A DNA stretch of 64,000 bases, from positions 60,018,001 to 60,082,000 of the forward strand of contig NC_045707.1 of assembly GCF_009834535.1 (NCBI RefSeq), in the 5' to 3' direction. Every line of letters begins with the position of its first letter. Position 1 is the first letter of the stretch. Below, piece after piece: positions 1 to 12,543 of the stretch. This stretch comes from Camelus ferus (lineage: Eukaryota). Made by a program: the position numbers and the translations under genes. Under the pieces are notes generated by a model. That model was not told the origin of the DNA. It saw nothing but the letters and a program-made list of their open reading frames with translations, and ran no database searches.

Positions 1-330
1 GCTGTCCCTCGACGAATGCCTTAAGCCAAGTAGAAAGGTCAACACAGAAACTTAAGGAAAAAGCCCTGATGTTTTATGGGATTTGTTCAGTTAGCTAGTT
101 TGAGATCCTGGACTGCATGGCTGGGGCCCTGGAGTATGAGTGTGCTGCTTGGAATCCTGTTGATAGTAGTCTTAATTAAATATTGTATGAGACAAATTAA
201 ACAGATTCGATACAGCTTCCGTCGGCCAGATTAATTAGAATGGCCAATGGAGTGGCATACTCATGGGAAGATTTTCCAGAAACCAAAACAGAGCAGAAAT
301 GAGGAAAGGGTATTGCTGCAGACAACTTTC

Positions 331-831
331 TGTGGGGCCCTCCCATTTATCTGTATCTGACAAGCAGAGGCACAAACAGCCTTTGTTCTGGACTATCTTT
401 TCAAGGATGTCTGTGGAAGAAATAGCTTTGAAAGACAGAAATGTTTTTTTCTCTCTCTGAAGCAAAGAGCAGGTTTATTTACTGTCCAGTATAATCAAGT
501 TAATGACTGTCCAAGGCAAAGGTCAGGCAGGTTTGCTTAGAGGACACTGTAAAACAGTTCAGCTTCCCTAATCTTATTTGCTTGCTCCTTTTCTGTAACA
601 CGACCCGCTGCACATGCCAGCATCACCAGGCCCTCTCTGCTTCGCCCATGGGAACAGGGGCTGAGGGAACCAGCGTGAACGATAACACTCCAGCTACTGC
701 TCTTGCTGTGAGCAGTAAAATCTTCTGTATCTGAAAATCCGAAACCTTGTGTCTGCCAGCAAACATGAACTGTAGCAGGCCAACATTAACTTACAAGTAG
801 AATGACATCTCAGACTCCTCATTTCTCAACA
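331..831 (+). mobile_element. Solo LTR, ERVL class (LTR40-like)
   Basis: About 500 bp bounded by TG...CA. The 3' part (GCTGTGAGCAGTAAAATC...TGCCAGC...CAGGCCAAC...AAGTAG...ATCTCAGAC...CAACA) resembles the recalled LTR40 3' end and has a degenerate polyA signal. Confidence 0.6.
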
Positions 832-1194
832 CTCATAACCTCAGAGGTAGACGTTTTTCAGATGAGGCTGTGCCAAGTAAAGTGTGGTGTCTTCAATCAT
901 TCATTTAGTTTTTGTGATCAGTCAAATTATATCTAATTGGTATGAGTCCAGCCATGATGTATGGGGAATCTATGCCCCTGGGATGGAGCTCAAATATTCT
1001 TGCCCCCTACACACTCATTTTAAAGCGTGCTAAACTTATTTATTCAAAAACAAATGTTTTTTTACTGATGAGCACTAATCCTGTTATAAGCCAACTAGTA
1101 CATGAGATTTCTTTAGCCACAGTGGTTGGCATGTGGTCTAAGGTGATTCAAATAAAGTAAATTCCAAAGCTCCAGTTCTAGGGTTTATAAAAAG

Positions 1195-1418
1195 TATAAA
1201 AAACAAGGGCCTCCTCTAGAGCACAGGGAACTATATTCAATATTTTGAAATGAGCTATAATGGAGAAGAATCTGAATGAATATACATATATATGTATGTG
1301 TGTGTATATATATATGTATGTATATATATATATGCGTATACCTGAATCACTTTGCTGTACACCTGAAACTAATATTGTAAACCAACTACACGTCAATAAA
1401 AAATAAGAATTAAAAAAA
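1195..1418 (+). mobile_element. L1 3' end, 5'-truncated, cetartiodactyl type
   Basis: AGCACAGGGAACTATATTCAATAT...GAATCACTTTGCTGTACACCTGAAACTAA...TCAATAAAAAA with an A-rich tail and an internal TA/TG microsatellite. Confidence 0.9.
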
Positions 1419-2378
1419 CTATGCTCTGCACTTTTGGATGCCTTGATATAGATTATGAGTCCTAGATTTAAGGGGGGGGGTGCTATTTTCTCACGAGAGA
1501 AAGTATTCTGAAGGAAACTTAAAAAAAAAAAAAATGACACGGCCAAGATGATAACAGATAAATGGTGCTAGAGCTGAGATCAAATCACAGCTGAAGAAAA
1601 CATATTGCTGGAATTTTGGTTACATAAGTCAAAAACAAAAATGTCCTTAGTTACACTACACTCCAATGCATTTTTTGAAACTCGCAACTCTCAGGTTGCT
1701 GATTGACATAGCCCATGTGGCTTTAGAGCCCTGCTTCATGTGCACTGTACTACACTGGCTCCCACTTTCCCCACTGCCAGACACCCAAAAAGCTATTACT
1801 TGCAGAACACCGCACAAAATCAAGAAATGAGGTTAAAAAAGAAAAAAAGACAATAATCAACAAACAATGATCCCAAAGCTTTTCCACGGTATGGAAGAAA
1901 TAGAATCTTTTTTTGTCCAGAGCTACTGGCGTGAAAGTTATTCCAAGCTGATACACTGATAAATAACTACTAAGAGCAAAGAAGGAGAAAACACTTAAAT
2001 CACTGAAAGCCATCTTTTTTTTTTTTTTTTTTTTTTGCTAAAGCATTTGGCAAAGGCATGAGCAGTCTTCCACCTACTAATATGGTTATCAGACATTCAG
2101 AAATAGATACCACAATCCTATAGCCAGAACTTCAGAGTTAGCTTCAACTGATAAGAGCACAGAAAGTTGAAAGAATTTTAAGCAGTGGAATGTTTATGCA
2201 GGATGGGGTAGTAGAAAATTAACCTGGAGAGGCAGGTATGTAGGGGTCAGATCACAAATGGCATCATGATTTGATGGTTGGGGTAATCAGTTTCACCATT
2301 ATCCTGAAAGTCAGATGCTTTAATTTGGAAGACACAGACCATAGATGGGGTCAATAAACATGCTTAGACTATAATTAC

Positions 2379-2393
2379 AGAGAGAGGGAGAGG

Positions 2394-2426
<33 letters not shown>

Positions 2427-2473
2427 GGAGAGAGAGAGAGTGTGTGTGTGTGTGTGTGTGTGTGTACACACAC
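2379..2473. repeat. Compound microsatellite (GA)n-(GT)n-(AC)n
   Basis: Read directly from the sequence. Confidence 0.97.
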
Positions 2474-3039
2474 TGGAAAAGGATCTGTAACTGTCTTTAA
2501 ATGGGTCCACGAATGAAGAACAATTATGAAATCTGTTGGGAGCATCTGCAGGGAAATTTTGTTCAAGTTAAGTGCTCAAAAGATGAGTCTGAATCCAGGG
2601 CTGAATACAGATTGGGTGGATAGTACATGATACTATAGGAAGGGAAATCAGGTCAGAGACTATAGGAAGTACTCAGGCTAGAAAGGATACAGATAGCGCT
2701 TAAATCAAATCAGGCAGCTCAGAGTTCCTGCTGAGAACAACCAATTGGCAACAATGTCCTTGCTACACTCATGCATAACCATAGTGAGTCTATGAATATG
2801 TATACAATGTAAATCTCCAAGGATACACTTACAAAGAAGAGCATTATATACAAAAGTAGCTTTCTGGTAAGTCTCTGGATTAATTTCAATTATCATTAAG
2901 TCTGAGATTGGTTTTATATTACATCTTGATAGATGTTTCAGTTTTTGGACAATGCTAAGTATTTCTGGCTAGCAAAATGTCAATAACAGAAATAAACTGC
3001 CAGAAGATTTCACAAGGCTATGTGAGTGGGAAAAAATAT

Positions 3040-3340
3040 GAGCAAATATTCTTAGCCAAAATAAGCCAAGCTATACTTGTATGATGGTACTTACAATGGG
3101 AGAGAGAACAATTAGGCAAAAGGGCAACATACAAATGAAAAGATGATCAATATTTCTAACAATAAGGAAAATACAAAGTCTTTTATAACTGAAAGTAGTA
3201 AAAATACTAAAGTCTGATAATGCCAGGTGTTGACAAGGACGCTGACCAATTTTTGCACGGCTAGTGGATGAGAAACTTGGTAAAACAGCTTTGGAGAATG
3301 ATGTGTTAACACTTAGTAAAGTTAATATAACATGTGTACC
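3040..3340 (+). mobile_element. Ancient L1 (L1M/L1ME) ORF2-end fragment
   Basis: ATGAAAAGATGATCAA...TGATAATGCCAGGTGTTGACAAGGA...GCTAGTGGATGAGAAACTTGGTAAAACAGCTTTGGAGAA is a degenerate L1 ORF2 C-terminal region. Confidence 0.65.
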
Positions 3341-3341
3341 C

Positions 3342-3550
3342 ACAGTAGGCAGAATAATGGCCTCTCCAAAGATGAGGTTTCTCAATTCCTGAAACCTGTT
3401 GGTATGTTACAGTATACTGCAAAAGGGATTTTGCAGATTTGAGACGGGGAGATTACCCAAGTGGGTCCAAAGTAATCATGGGGGTTCTTATAAGGAGGAG
3501 GAGGAGGAGGTGGGAAGGTCAGAGTCAAAAGACAGCAAAATGTCGAGATT
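3342..3550 (+). mobile_element. MaLR LTR 5' fragment (MLT1D-like)
   Basis: GTAGGCAGAATAATGGCC...AAAAGGGATTTTGCAGAT...GGAGATTA...GTAATCA matches the MLT1 5' portion. Confidence 0.8.
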
Positions 3551-3863
3551 TGGTAAAACTGAGTGCTGAATATGGAGCTGCTTGTCATTTTCTTCTCTTT
3601 AATTACTTATGACTTTGAGACTTTCAGACCCAACATTCAGCTGCAACCTCTCCACCCTAGATCTGCCACTTTCTATACCAGCCAAATGTCCCAAGAGATA
3701 TTAGAAAACAGAGCATTGTTTTTCTGGTCTTTTTTGATCAGAAAACTAAATGGAAGTATCAGAAACTAAACAAAATATTTATAAAGCCCCTTTACCCAAG
3801 TGCTAGAACTCAAGAGATTTCAAGGAAACAGAAGTTTAGGAGGACTTACAAAAGGTGTATAAG

Positions 3864-4323
3864 GCAAGTCTTCCCAAATTTTTCATATCTCAGGACCCCT
3901 GTAAACCCTTAACTTTTTGAAGATCATAGTGATCTTTTATTTATATTGGTTGTATCTATCACCGTTTATCTATTAAGAATTAAAACTGAGAACTGTTTAA
4001 ATATCTGTTAATACATTTTTAAAAAATTATACCCATTGCATGTTAAAACATAAATACATATCTTTTGTGAAAAATAATTATAATTTCTAAAACAAAACAA
4101 TTATGGAGTAGAGTGGCACTGTTCCACATTTTTGTAAACACTTTTACTATCTGGCTTAATAAAAACCAGTTGGATTTTATTGAGACACAATTTTTTGGCT
4201 GAAGGATACGAAGATAACCTGAACAAATCATGAGCACGTGATTTGTACTTGGAAAAGAGGACTCTGTGGACCCTTGAAAGATTTGGAGAAACTCCAAGGG
4301 TCCTCAGACCAACCTTTGAGCTG
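3864..4323 (-). mobile_element. Internally deleted hAT-Charlie DNA transposon (Charlie1 family)
   Basis: Both termini are visible: TCTCAGGACCCCT at left and GTGGACCCTTGAAAG...GGGTCCTCAGACCAACCTTTGAG at right. Internal GAGTGGCACTGTTCCACATTTTTG...TCTGGCTTAATA also matches. Confidence 0.7.
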
Positions 4324-6638
4324 GTAAAGGGAGTATTCTTTATTCTCAAAAGCTGAAAAAGATGATGATCGAAGTGTAACGATGTTACATAAAAACATGT
4401 TTAAGATTATTTGGTAATTTTAAGACTAATAAAATTATAGAACACCAGAACTATAATTTCCACCCAACCCATACACTCATCTTGAAGCTTAAAAGATACA
4501 AGTTTTTTGGACAAAAACATGAAAGTGTTACTTTTATCATTAGGTGACAAATTCAAGCTTGTGCAAACAGCAGAAGATGAAAGAAAAACATTTTTTAAAG
4601 GAATTAAATACTTCTGATTCAAAGGACTTTGAAAATATGAACAGGTAATAAACTCATAATGGCTAATAGAGTAAAATTTCCATTTTCCCTAAGTGTTCTG
4701 CACCCACAAGAAGTGAAGATATGCTGAACAAACAGAAATATCTCTTCATTTTACCTACTATTTACTTCCTATAGAAGAGAAAAATCAGCCCAAAAAACCT
4801 AAGTCAAAATACCAAATTATTTGCAATGCTATCGTAGAACTAGCCATACTTTTAGTAAACATCATTTGCCACGGGAGACATTTTAATTTAAATGAGTACT
4901 GGATATCTAAATAAGGTTATTTCAGTCCAGAAATCAGTCAGTGAGAGAAAGAACTAACAAAAGCAACAATGGCAGCAATGATATGACCCACACCCGCCTT
5001 GGTACTTTGGGGAGAACCACAAGCAAAAAACAGCAATCATGGAGAACCATAAATAAAAAAACAGCTACAAGTCCTCAGTCCATTTTCATCCTCTTAGTAT
5101 ACCCCTCAGGGTACCAAAGCAATCTTTTCTGGGCCAGATCCGAATAATTCCTGATAGAAATATAAGAGCCCGAGGCTTATTGCTAACCTAACTAACCTGG
5201 AGCTTATTTGGTAAAACTCCAGAAAGGATGGAGTAGGGGCAGGGAGTTTTCACATACAGGCTGTCCCTTATATAATTCTGGACATATTTAACTCCATGTC
5301 AACACACTCACAATTCCAATAAGTAAGATTCTTGGTTTAAATATTAATTGTGTAACACTGCCAGAAAATAAATGCAACTACATTTCTGCAAATTAACAAT
5401 TGAAAAGTCAGGCATAGGTTTGTTTTTGAATCAGCTTTCTTCAGCCTTTTCAAAATCAAGAAACTAACCAGATGAAGTGTTAGCAGGAGCTACATTCAAG
5501 ATAAAAGAATAAGTTTAAGAAAAGCATTATTTTTAGCACCACCAATTAAACAAATTAGTAAATTAGCAAGGCTGCTAGATATACACAGTAAATTTCCCCA
5601 CCACAATTTCTCTCTAGCGTAGCTGGGGTCCAGTGCATCTTACGGGAATCCACCACGATGAGCATAATCTCCCAACTTTCACATTCATGTGTTGCTATCA
5701 ACACTGTAAATTTAAATTCTGGAGCAATGCCCAGAATTTTTTGTTAACTAAAAACCCAAGCATATCCCTGAAAGAAAGATCTCCTCCCTCCTTGCTTAAT
5801 GCACATTTTGCTTCTCAATAATTTTGGCAACACATTCTTGGAGACTGTTATTTCTCTGGCCTAGCTCTGTGACATCAATTCTCAAAAGTGATGTGTGTTA
5901 TTAGCACAATGGGTGGGCAATTTTCAAAAGTACTTTAAACAAATCACAGTTAACTATGATTCATTTTAATTTTAAACAAATATTTGACACCTAGCATAAA
6001 GAGAGAGAAAAAGATCATAAAACCATATGGCATATCATGGGACAGGACAGCAAGACTGCAGCCCCCAGGAAGCTGTCTCTTCCAAAATGATTGAGGTCAG
6101 ATTGGTATAGAACTCAAAATATTTCAGATCTTAGAAAAGTAATATGGTGATATTTCATATATTATTCTTTCTGGGGGGTTAGAGTACCACACTATAATCA
6201 AACACATTAATATCCTGTAGTGAAGCATACAATACACATTAACTAGAATAAAGACTATAAATAGCCTCACATCAGTTCAGACTAGTTATTACAATTAAAG
6301 ATATGAAAAAAAAAATCTGTTTCCAGTCAGAGCCTCTTGAGTTGCATGCAAACACTGCAGCCAAAAGAGAAAAAAAAAGTGAAAAAAACATAATAGAGAA
6401 AATGAAAATATCTGAACAAAAATTAAATATATAAGGGAGAAAAGAAGAATAAAGTGAAAAAGAAGGAAAGTTAGAAAGGTCCAAGCTTTCATGGTATTAG
6501 CAACCAGATGAGACTTTCACGATTTCACAGTCCAACATATTCAATAAGCAAGCAGAGAGATCAAGATCACAAAACTCGTTAGTGGGGGAAACTAAAGCGG
6601 ACTTGGGATAGTCCTTGGTTTGTTTTTACTGCCATTCT

Positions 6639-6994
6639 AGTAGGCAGAATGACATTCAAAATATGTCCACATGCTAATCCCTGGAACCTGGGAATGTTAC
6701 AAGGCAAGGGTGATTTTTGCAGACATGATAAAGGTTGCAAACTTTAAAAGAAGGACGGAAGCCTATATTATCCAGGTGAATCAGATCTATTCATACAAGA
6801 TCTTAAAAGCAGGGAATTTCCTCCTGCTGGAGTCAGAGAAGAAATTTGAAGTATGAAAAGGACTTCACTCACCTGCTGCTAAGAGTGGAGAGGAGGAGAC
6901 ACATGGAAAACAGAACTCGTATGAAAGAATGCAGATGGACTCCGGCAGCAAAGACTGGCCCCTGGCTGACAGCCAGCAAGGAAAGGGTGTCCCC
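6639..6994 (+). mobile_element. MaLR LTR 5' portion (MLT1E-like), 3' end missing
   Basis: GTAGGCAGAAT...CTAATCCCTGGAACCTG...TTTGCAGA...ATTATCCAGGTG...GCTGACAGCCAGCAAGGAAA, ending abruptly at L1 sequence. Confidence 0.85.
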
Positions 6995-9088
6995 TTATCC
7001 CTTCTTTTGTCTTATTACATACAGTCTTTGTTTTAAAGTCTATGTTATCTAAGTATTGCTACTGAAGCTTTCTTTTCATTTGCATTTGCATTTGCATGTA
7101 ATATCTGTTTCCATGCCCTCACTTTTGGTCTATACATGTCTTTAGATCTGAAATGAGTCTCTTGCAGGGGACATATATACAGATGGGTCTGGGTTTTATA
7201 TCCATTCAGAGACCCTGTGTTTTCTGATTGTAGGGTTTAGTCCATTTATATTTAAAGTAATAACTCATAGATATGTACTTAATGTCATTTTGTTAGTTGT
7301 TTTCTGGTTGTTTTGTTGTTGTTCTCTGTTTCTTTCTTTTTTTTTTTTTATTTTCTTGTGAGCTGATGACTTATTTTAGTGTTATGTTTGTATTCTTTTC
7401 TCTATTTTTTGTGTATCCATTACTGGTTTTTGGTTTGTGATTACCATGAGGTTTTTATGTAACAACTTGTATATAAGCAGTCTATTTTAAGTTGATGGTC
7501 ACTTAAGCTAGAGAGCATCCTAAGAGCACTACATTTTGACTCTTTACCCAAAGTTGTTTTTATTTTGTGTATCCCTTAACTAATTACAGAAGATATAAAT
7601 GATTTTACTACCTTTGTCTTTTTTTTTAACCATCATACTCGTATTTGTGGTTGACCCACTACCTATATGTTTGTCATACCAATGAGTTTTCTTCTTTCAT
7701 AATTTTCTTGTTTCTGGTTATGGCATTTTCTGCTGTTGATTCTCTCTATAGTATTTTTCATTTATGTTATTGTATTCTTCAGTTCCAACTGGTTCTTTTT
7801 TATATTTTCTATCTCTTTGTTGAAATTCTCACTGAGTTCATCCATTCTCCTCTTGAGTTTTATGAGATCTTCATGACTATTTCTTTGAATTATTTATATG
7901 GTAAATTGCTTATTTCCACTTCATTTAGTTCCTTTTCTGAGGTTTTGTTTTGTTCTTTCATTTGGAAGGTATTCCTTTGTCTCTTCATTTTGCCTTACTC
8001 TCTGTGTTTCTGTATGTTAGGCACATCAGCTACATCTCCCAATCTTGAAAGAATGGTCTTATGTAAAAGGTGTCCCACGGGACACAGTGGTACAACCCCC
8101 GGGTCACCAGAACCTGCATGGGCTGTGTGTACCCTCCTTTTGTGGTTGGGCCAGGATTGCTGCAGGTACACTGGTGGGTGGAGATGGCCCCCAGCCTTGC
8201 CGGCTAAGAGGTCTGGCTATGACTATCATATGCATGCTGATATGTGGGGACGGACCCCCAGAGCAGGAGCCACTTTGGAGGATGCAGATGCTGGCCAAGG
8301 CTGCCCCCTAGGTCAAGTATGGTAGGAGCTACTGTGGAAGGACCAGCCAGGGCAGGTGGGCTGAGTGGGGCTGGTCCTCAGGGGAATTCCAGGGCAGGGT
8401 ACGCAGTGTTAGCCAGGGTGATGAAGAGTGAGAGAAATGGTACCTGGCAGCACCAGGTGAGCTACGTGGGAGGAAGAGTTAAACAATAGTGCCCACCAGC
8501 ACTTCTACCCCCTCAACCCTGAGAAAGTTCCACCAGATCCCTGCCACTCCAGCACATGCCCTACCATTAGTCAATGAATCTCCTTCTCGTATGATGCAGG
8601 TGCTTTTCAAGCTGCTGCCTCTGCACTGGGACTCAACACAAGTGAGTTTATGCACCAGCCCTTCGAGAACAGAGTTTCAGTTTCCCACAGCCCTGACTCT
8701 CCAGCTGTAAACCTTTCTGATTTTGAAAACCCAGTGCTATGGCGGGCGGGGGACTCTTCCCAGTGCAGGCTCCCCAGGGCTGGGGAGCCCAATGTGGGGC
8801 TCAGACTCCTCCCTCCTCTGGGGGGACCTCTGTGGTTGTGATATCCCTCCCACGTCGGGGTCACCACACTGGGGTTCTGACTAGACTATGTCTCTGCCCC
8901 TCATGCCCATCTCAATATGGCCTTTTCTTTATATTCTTAGTTGGAGAAAATCTGTCATTCTAGTCTTCAGGTTGTTCTCAGAGATGGTCATTCTCAGGGA
9001 AAGCTGCTGTATATGCTGTTGTATTGGGTGTGTCTCTGGGAAGAGGTGAGTTCAAAATCTTCCTACTCTGCCTCTTGATCTAGACCCC
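6995..9088 (-). mobile_element. Old L1, 5' portion only: 5'UTR, partial ORF1 and ORF2 endonuclease N-terminus (decayed)
   Basis: On the minus strand, ~7000-7260 gives decayed EN motifs (LNINGLN, LQETHFRSKD, IDFK, DKEG) and ~7735-7935 gives ORF1 coiled-coil sequence (ELNEVEISNLP...DELSENFNKEIENIKKNQLELKNTIT). A GC-richer 5'UTR spans ~8040-9088 and starts GGGG...TCAAGAGGCAGAGTAGGAAGA...CTCACCTC. Confidence 0.9.
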
Positions 9089-11791
9089 TTCATTTAATAA
9101 ATCTTACAAGACACATAGAGGATCATGTAGATATTTATCTGTTACATAATAGCCCTGGATCATCTTAGCATAGTTTAAAACCATACCAGCTAACATACTA
9201 TAAGCATATTGAGCTCTCCTATGATTCCAGATCTTAGAACCCAAAATCAAAGTCAACAGGAAAAATCCATTGTATATACTCCTTTGGCTAATTGCTTTTC
9301 TAAGGAAGGGTCTATAAACATAAACGAAGCAAGATGGATATTTTATAATTGCAGACTTCACTCAAGTTCAAGGTTCAAATGCCTAATTTTTATAGAAATA
9401 ACCATAAATACTGTATTTAACCATTTTCAGTACTATATAGCATAAATGTTTCCAAAGTTCACAGAAGTCATGGAATCCAGTAACCAATCTCATTATATAT
9501 CATTTAATACGATCTGAGTGCTTTATAACCTCAGTTCTATTATTTTCTCATCAAGCCTAGTGCCACAAAATTCAAAAAGGACTTTTCAGTAACTTTTTCA
9601 TAAATATCATCAAAGTGATACCAGGCCTCTGGAGAATTTTTAAGACTTTTCCCAGGCATGTTTTACTTTCTTGTACTTATAAATTCCCTTATAGGAAACC
9701 TACACTTTCCAACTCAAATTAGTCTTTTTCAAACACATTCAAAGTAGGAATAGCCTTCTCAAAACTGGCTATACAAATACAAACTCCCTTCTTAAGTTTG
9801 CCAAGTAGTACATGCCTGTAAATTTCTAACTAGTTACTTTTGCTTTTCATCTAACCCATTAACAAATGTATTGAACTATAAAATTGGAAATTAAAAACAG
9901 ACAGCAAACAAAACAAAATTTAAACCTAATCATCAAATGCGGGTGTGTGTATTAAAATGTATTAGTATATATGCAGAATATGATGAGAATGCCATGGCCA
10001 AAGTATCAAGAAAAAAGTTCAACCAGCAATATATATTGACATTCAAATGAGATTTAGTAACAACAGCCATGTATGCAGTAAGAAAGGAGTGTTTCAGGAA
10101 GCAGCCTCATTCTAATAGCTAAGCTGACGTTTAACCCTGCATTACCTCATGCTACGGTCTGGTGTTTACAATATATTTCTTCTGAATTGATGCAGCAAAC
10201 CACCAAAATGGGTTACCCACCACATTCCGAGCTTTCCTAAGTCATTTTCCAACGGCATTTGTGGTTTTCTTGAGTAAGGCGCCAACCTAAAAGGTTTAAA
10301 ATATCTTCCTAAGTAATGGTCACATTCTTTTCCCTTAAAGGCTGGGTGAATGCAACCAGCTAAAAATAGGTTTACATTCTCCTACAAATGAGCACTGGTC
10401 CCCAAGTCCTGGCCAGACTCAAAAGAGCCACAGAAAACCGAGAATATTAATAAAAGATGCTCTCCACCCCCCACCCCTCTGCCCAGCCCTGGAGCTAAAG
10501 CATACGCCTCAGGACACAGATGTTCTCTGCCAAATGATTTTGAAAAATACAAAACAAAATTTCTGCAGACTGACCTTTTTCCAGGATTGAATCAGTTTGA
10601 AGCAATCTATAAGGTTTGATATTTTCTTGGCCCTCAAGGTAGTTTACAGATGTAGCAAATGTGCACTTTTGCTTAAAGCAAGTGGTGGCCTAACCCAGAT
10701 AAATGAAAACCTACAGGTTTTTGATTGGGAGATGTCTGCATCACGTTAATCACATTCTTCCCAGGTAGTCAGCCCAAACAGGAGTTGCTTAGGTACAGCA
10801 ATGCACTCACGAATCCTAGTAGCAAGCACGCTATCCAATGATAAGTCGGCATTTATCTTTCATTTCTCGCTACCCCGTTAAAGCAACTGACACCTTATGT
10901 TGTTAAGTGTATCATTTTTCTCACATAAGAATGCCTTACAGAGGAATACACGTAAAGCCAAAAAGAGAGGGACCAGCTTTTTAAGGCATAAAGCTCAATT
11001 TCAGAATGAAAACGAGTGTGATGGAAGTGAACAGTAAAAAGCAGGGAAAGCAGTCGGAAGATGATTATTACAAACAGAGCAGAAGCTAGGCTCTCAATTT
11101 CATCACGTGTAGCTTATAGATTGGAAATCGCATGTAGCTGAAGGTTAAAAATGGGGACTAGGGCTGTGATGACTCGCTCTTGGTGAAGCTATTCGGAGTC
11201 GAGTCGGGTAAATCCAAGATTCTCATGACCCCTGGCAGCGTTCACATCTCATCACCACGAGGAACGTCCCGCTGATGGTCTGGAGAGCGTCCATCACATC
11301 AGCACAATCTGCCCTTGCTGTAAACTATCTCCGTGATTTATAGGCATCGGCAGACGGATGGTGCCCTTTCAGCTCTGCTGGGCGCAACAGGAACCTCCGG
11401 AGTCATGTCGGTGAAGGAAACTTGCATTAGCTGTTCAGCTCCATCTTTCTGTGAGCTGAATTCTCATTATCTCACATACCTAGCAGGGATGTGCCTGTAA
11501 GGCTTAAGTACCTTTCAAGACCTCCCTCTTCCCTGCAAGGAGCTCCTAAAAACCTTATCACAAAGTGATTTTGTAATTTCCTGTGTGCATAACATAGCAG
11601 TTCAGAGTTTTATTTCTGTCAAAGAACTTGGAAAATCACATCTATTTTATAGATTACCGTCTCCAACCTACTTTCCACTGGGTATAGTGGCTCCCTCCTT
11701 AAAACAAAACCAAAATATTCAACAGCTCCCTAATGCATATGAGGTTAGGTTCTAACTCCTGGAATCAACATTTTCAGCCCTCCACAGTCTA

Positions 11792-12031
11792 GCTCAGGTT
11801 TTCACAACCTTAGAACTACTGACATTGGGGGCCAGAAAATTATTCATTATGTGGGACTGTCCAGTTCTAAAGCTCTCGATTTTACCCTTGGTACCACAAT
11901 CAGTATAGTATTTGGGGCATCGTAGCCCCTACCAACGAGATGCCAACAGTACCCCCCCCCAACCCTCCAGTTGTGACAACCAGAAACATCTCCAGACACT
12001 GCCAAATGTCACCCCCTATTGAAAATCAATG
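11792..12031 (-). mobile_element. MER20 (hAT-Charlie) non-autonomous DNA transposon
   Basis: CTACTGACATTGGGGGCCAGAAAATT...GATGCCAACAGTACCCC...CAGTTGTGACAACCAGAAACATCTCCAGACACTGCCAAATGTC. Confidence 0.85.
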
Positions 12032-12543
12032 AGCTAACACAAACCACCTAGCCAGGAAGTTTTACCAACAGGTCTCCACACATAGCCCCTTATCTAGCAA
12101 AACTAGAATGTGGTAGAGAATATTGTTAGACCTTCTCATTTTCATATTTTTTCAGAATATTCTATCTGTATCTTCAAGATTCAGCTTATATTCCAATTTC
12201 TAGACATTTTTTTCCTGGACATGTCAGTTTGAATCCTAGAGTTCATTTTCCAAAGCTCCTGATGTTACCCCTGGTAGCATGCTTAGTAATTATAGGACAG
12301 TAGAAGCATTTATTGTTTAAGTGTGTAACCTCTACCTATTGATTATTTTAAAGCAATATTCATTTGTGTGTTTTATTTTTGATAGTTCATTATAAAAAAT
12401 AGTCGCATTACATAAAGCCAGAGCTCACATGGGAAAAAGCAACAAGTTTTAAGCACCATCTTTGAAACAAATTAACATGACATGGAATCAATCCAACTGC
12501 ACTCTGCATTTTACATATAAGTTTGTTTCCAAATCAGTTATCT

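Noticed and set aside
7645..8325. Longest ORF in the track (226 aa, + strand)
   Set aside because: It is the antisense reading of decayed L1 ORF1 and 5'UTR. The F/L/S/I-rich composition reflects the T-rich L1 antisense strand.
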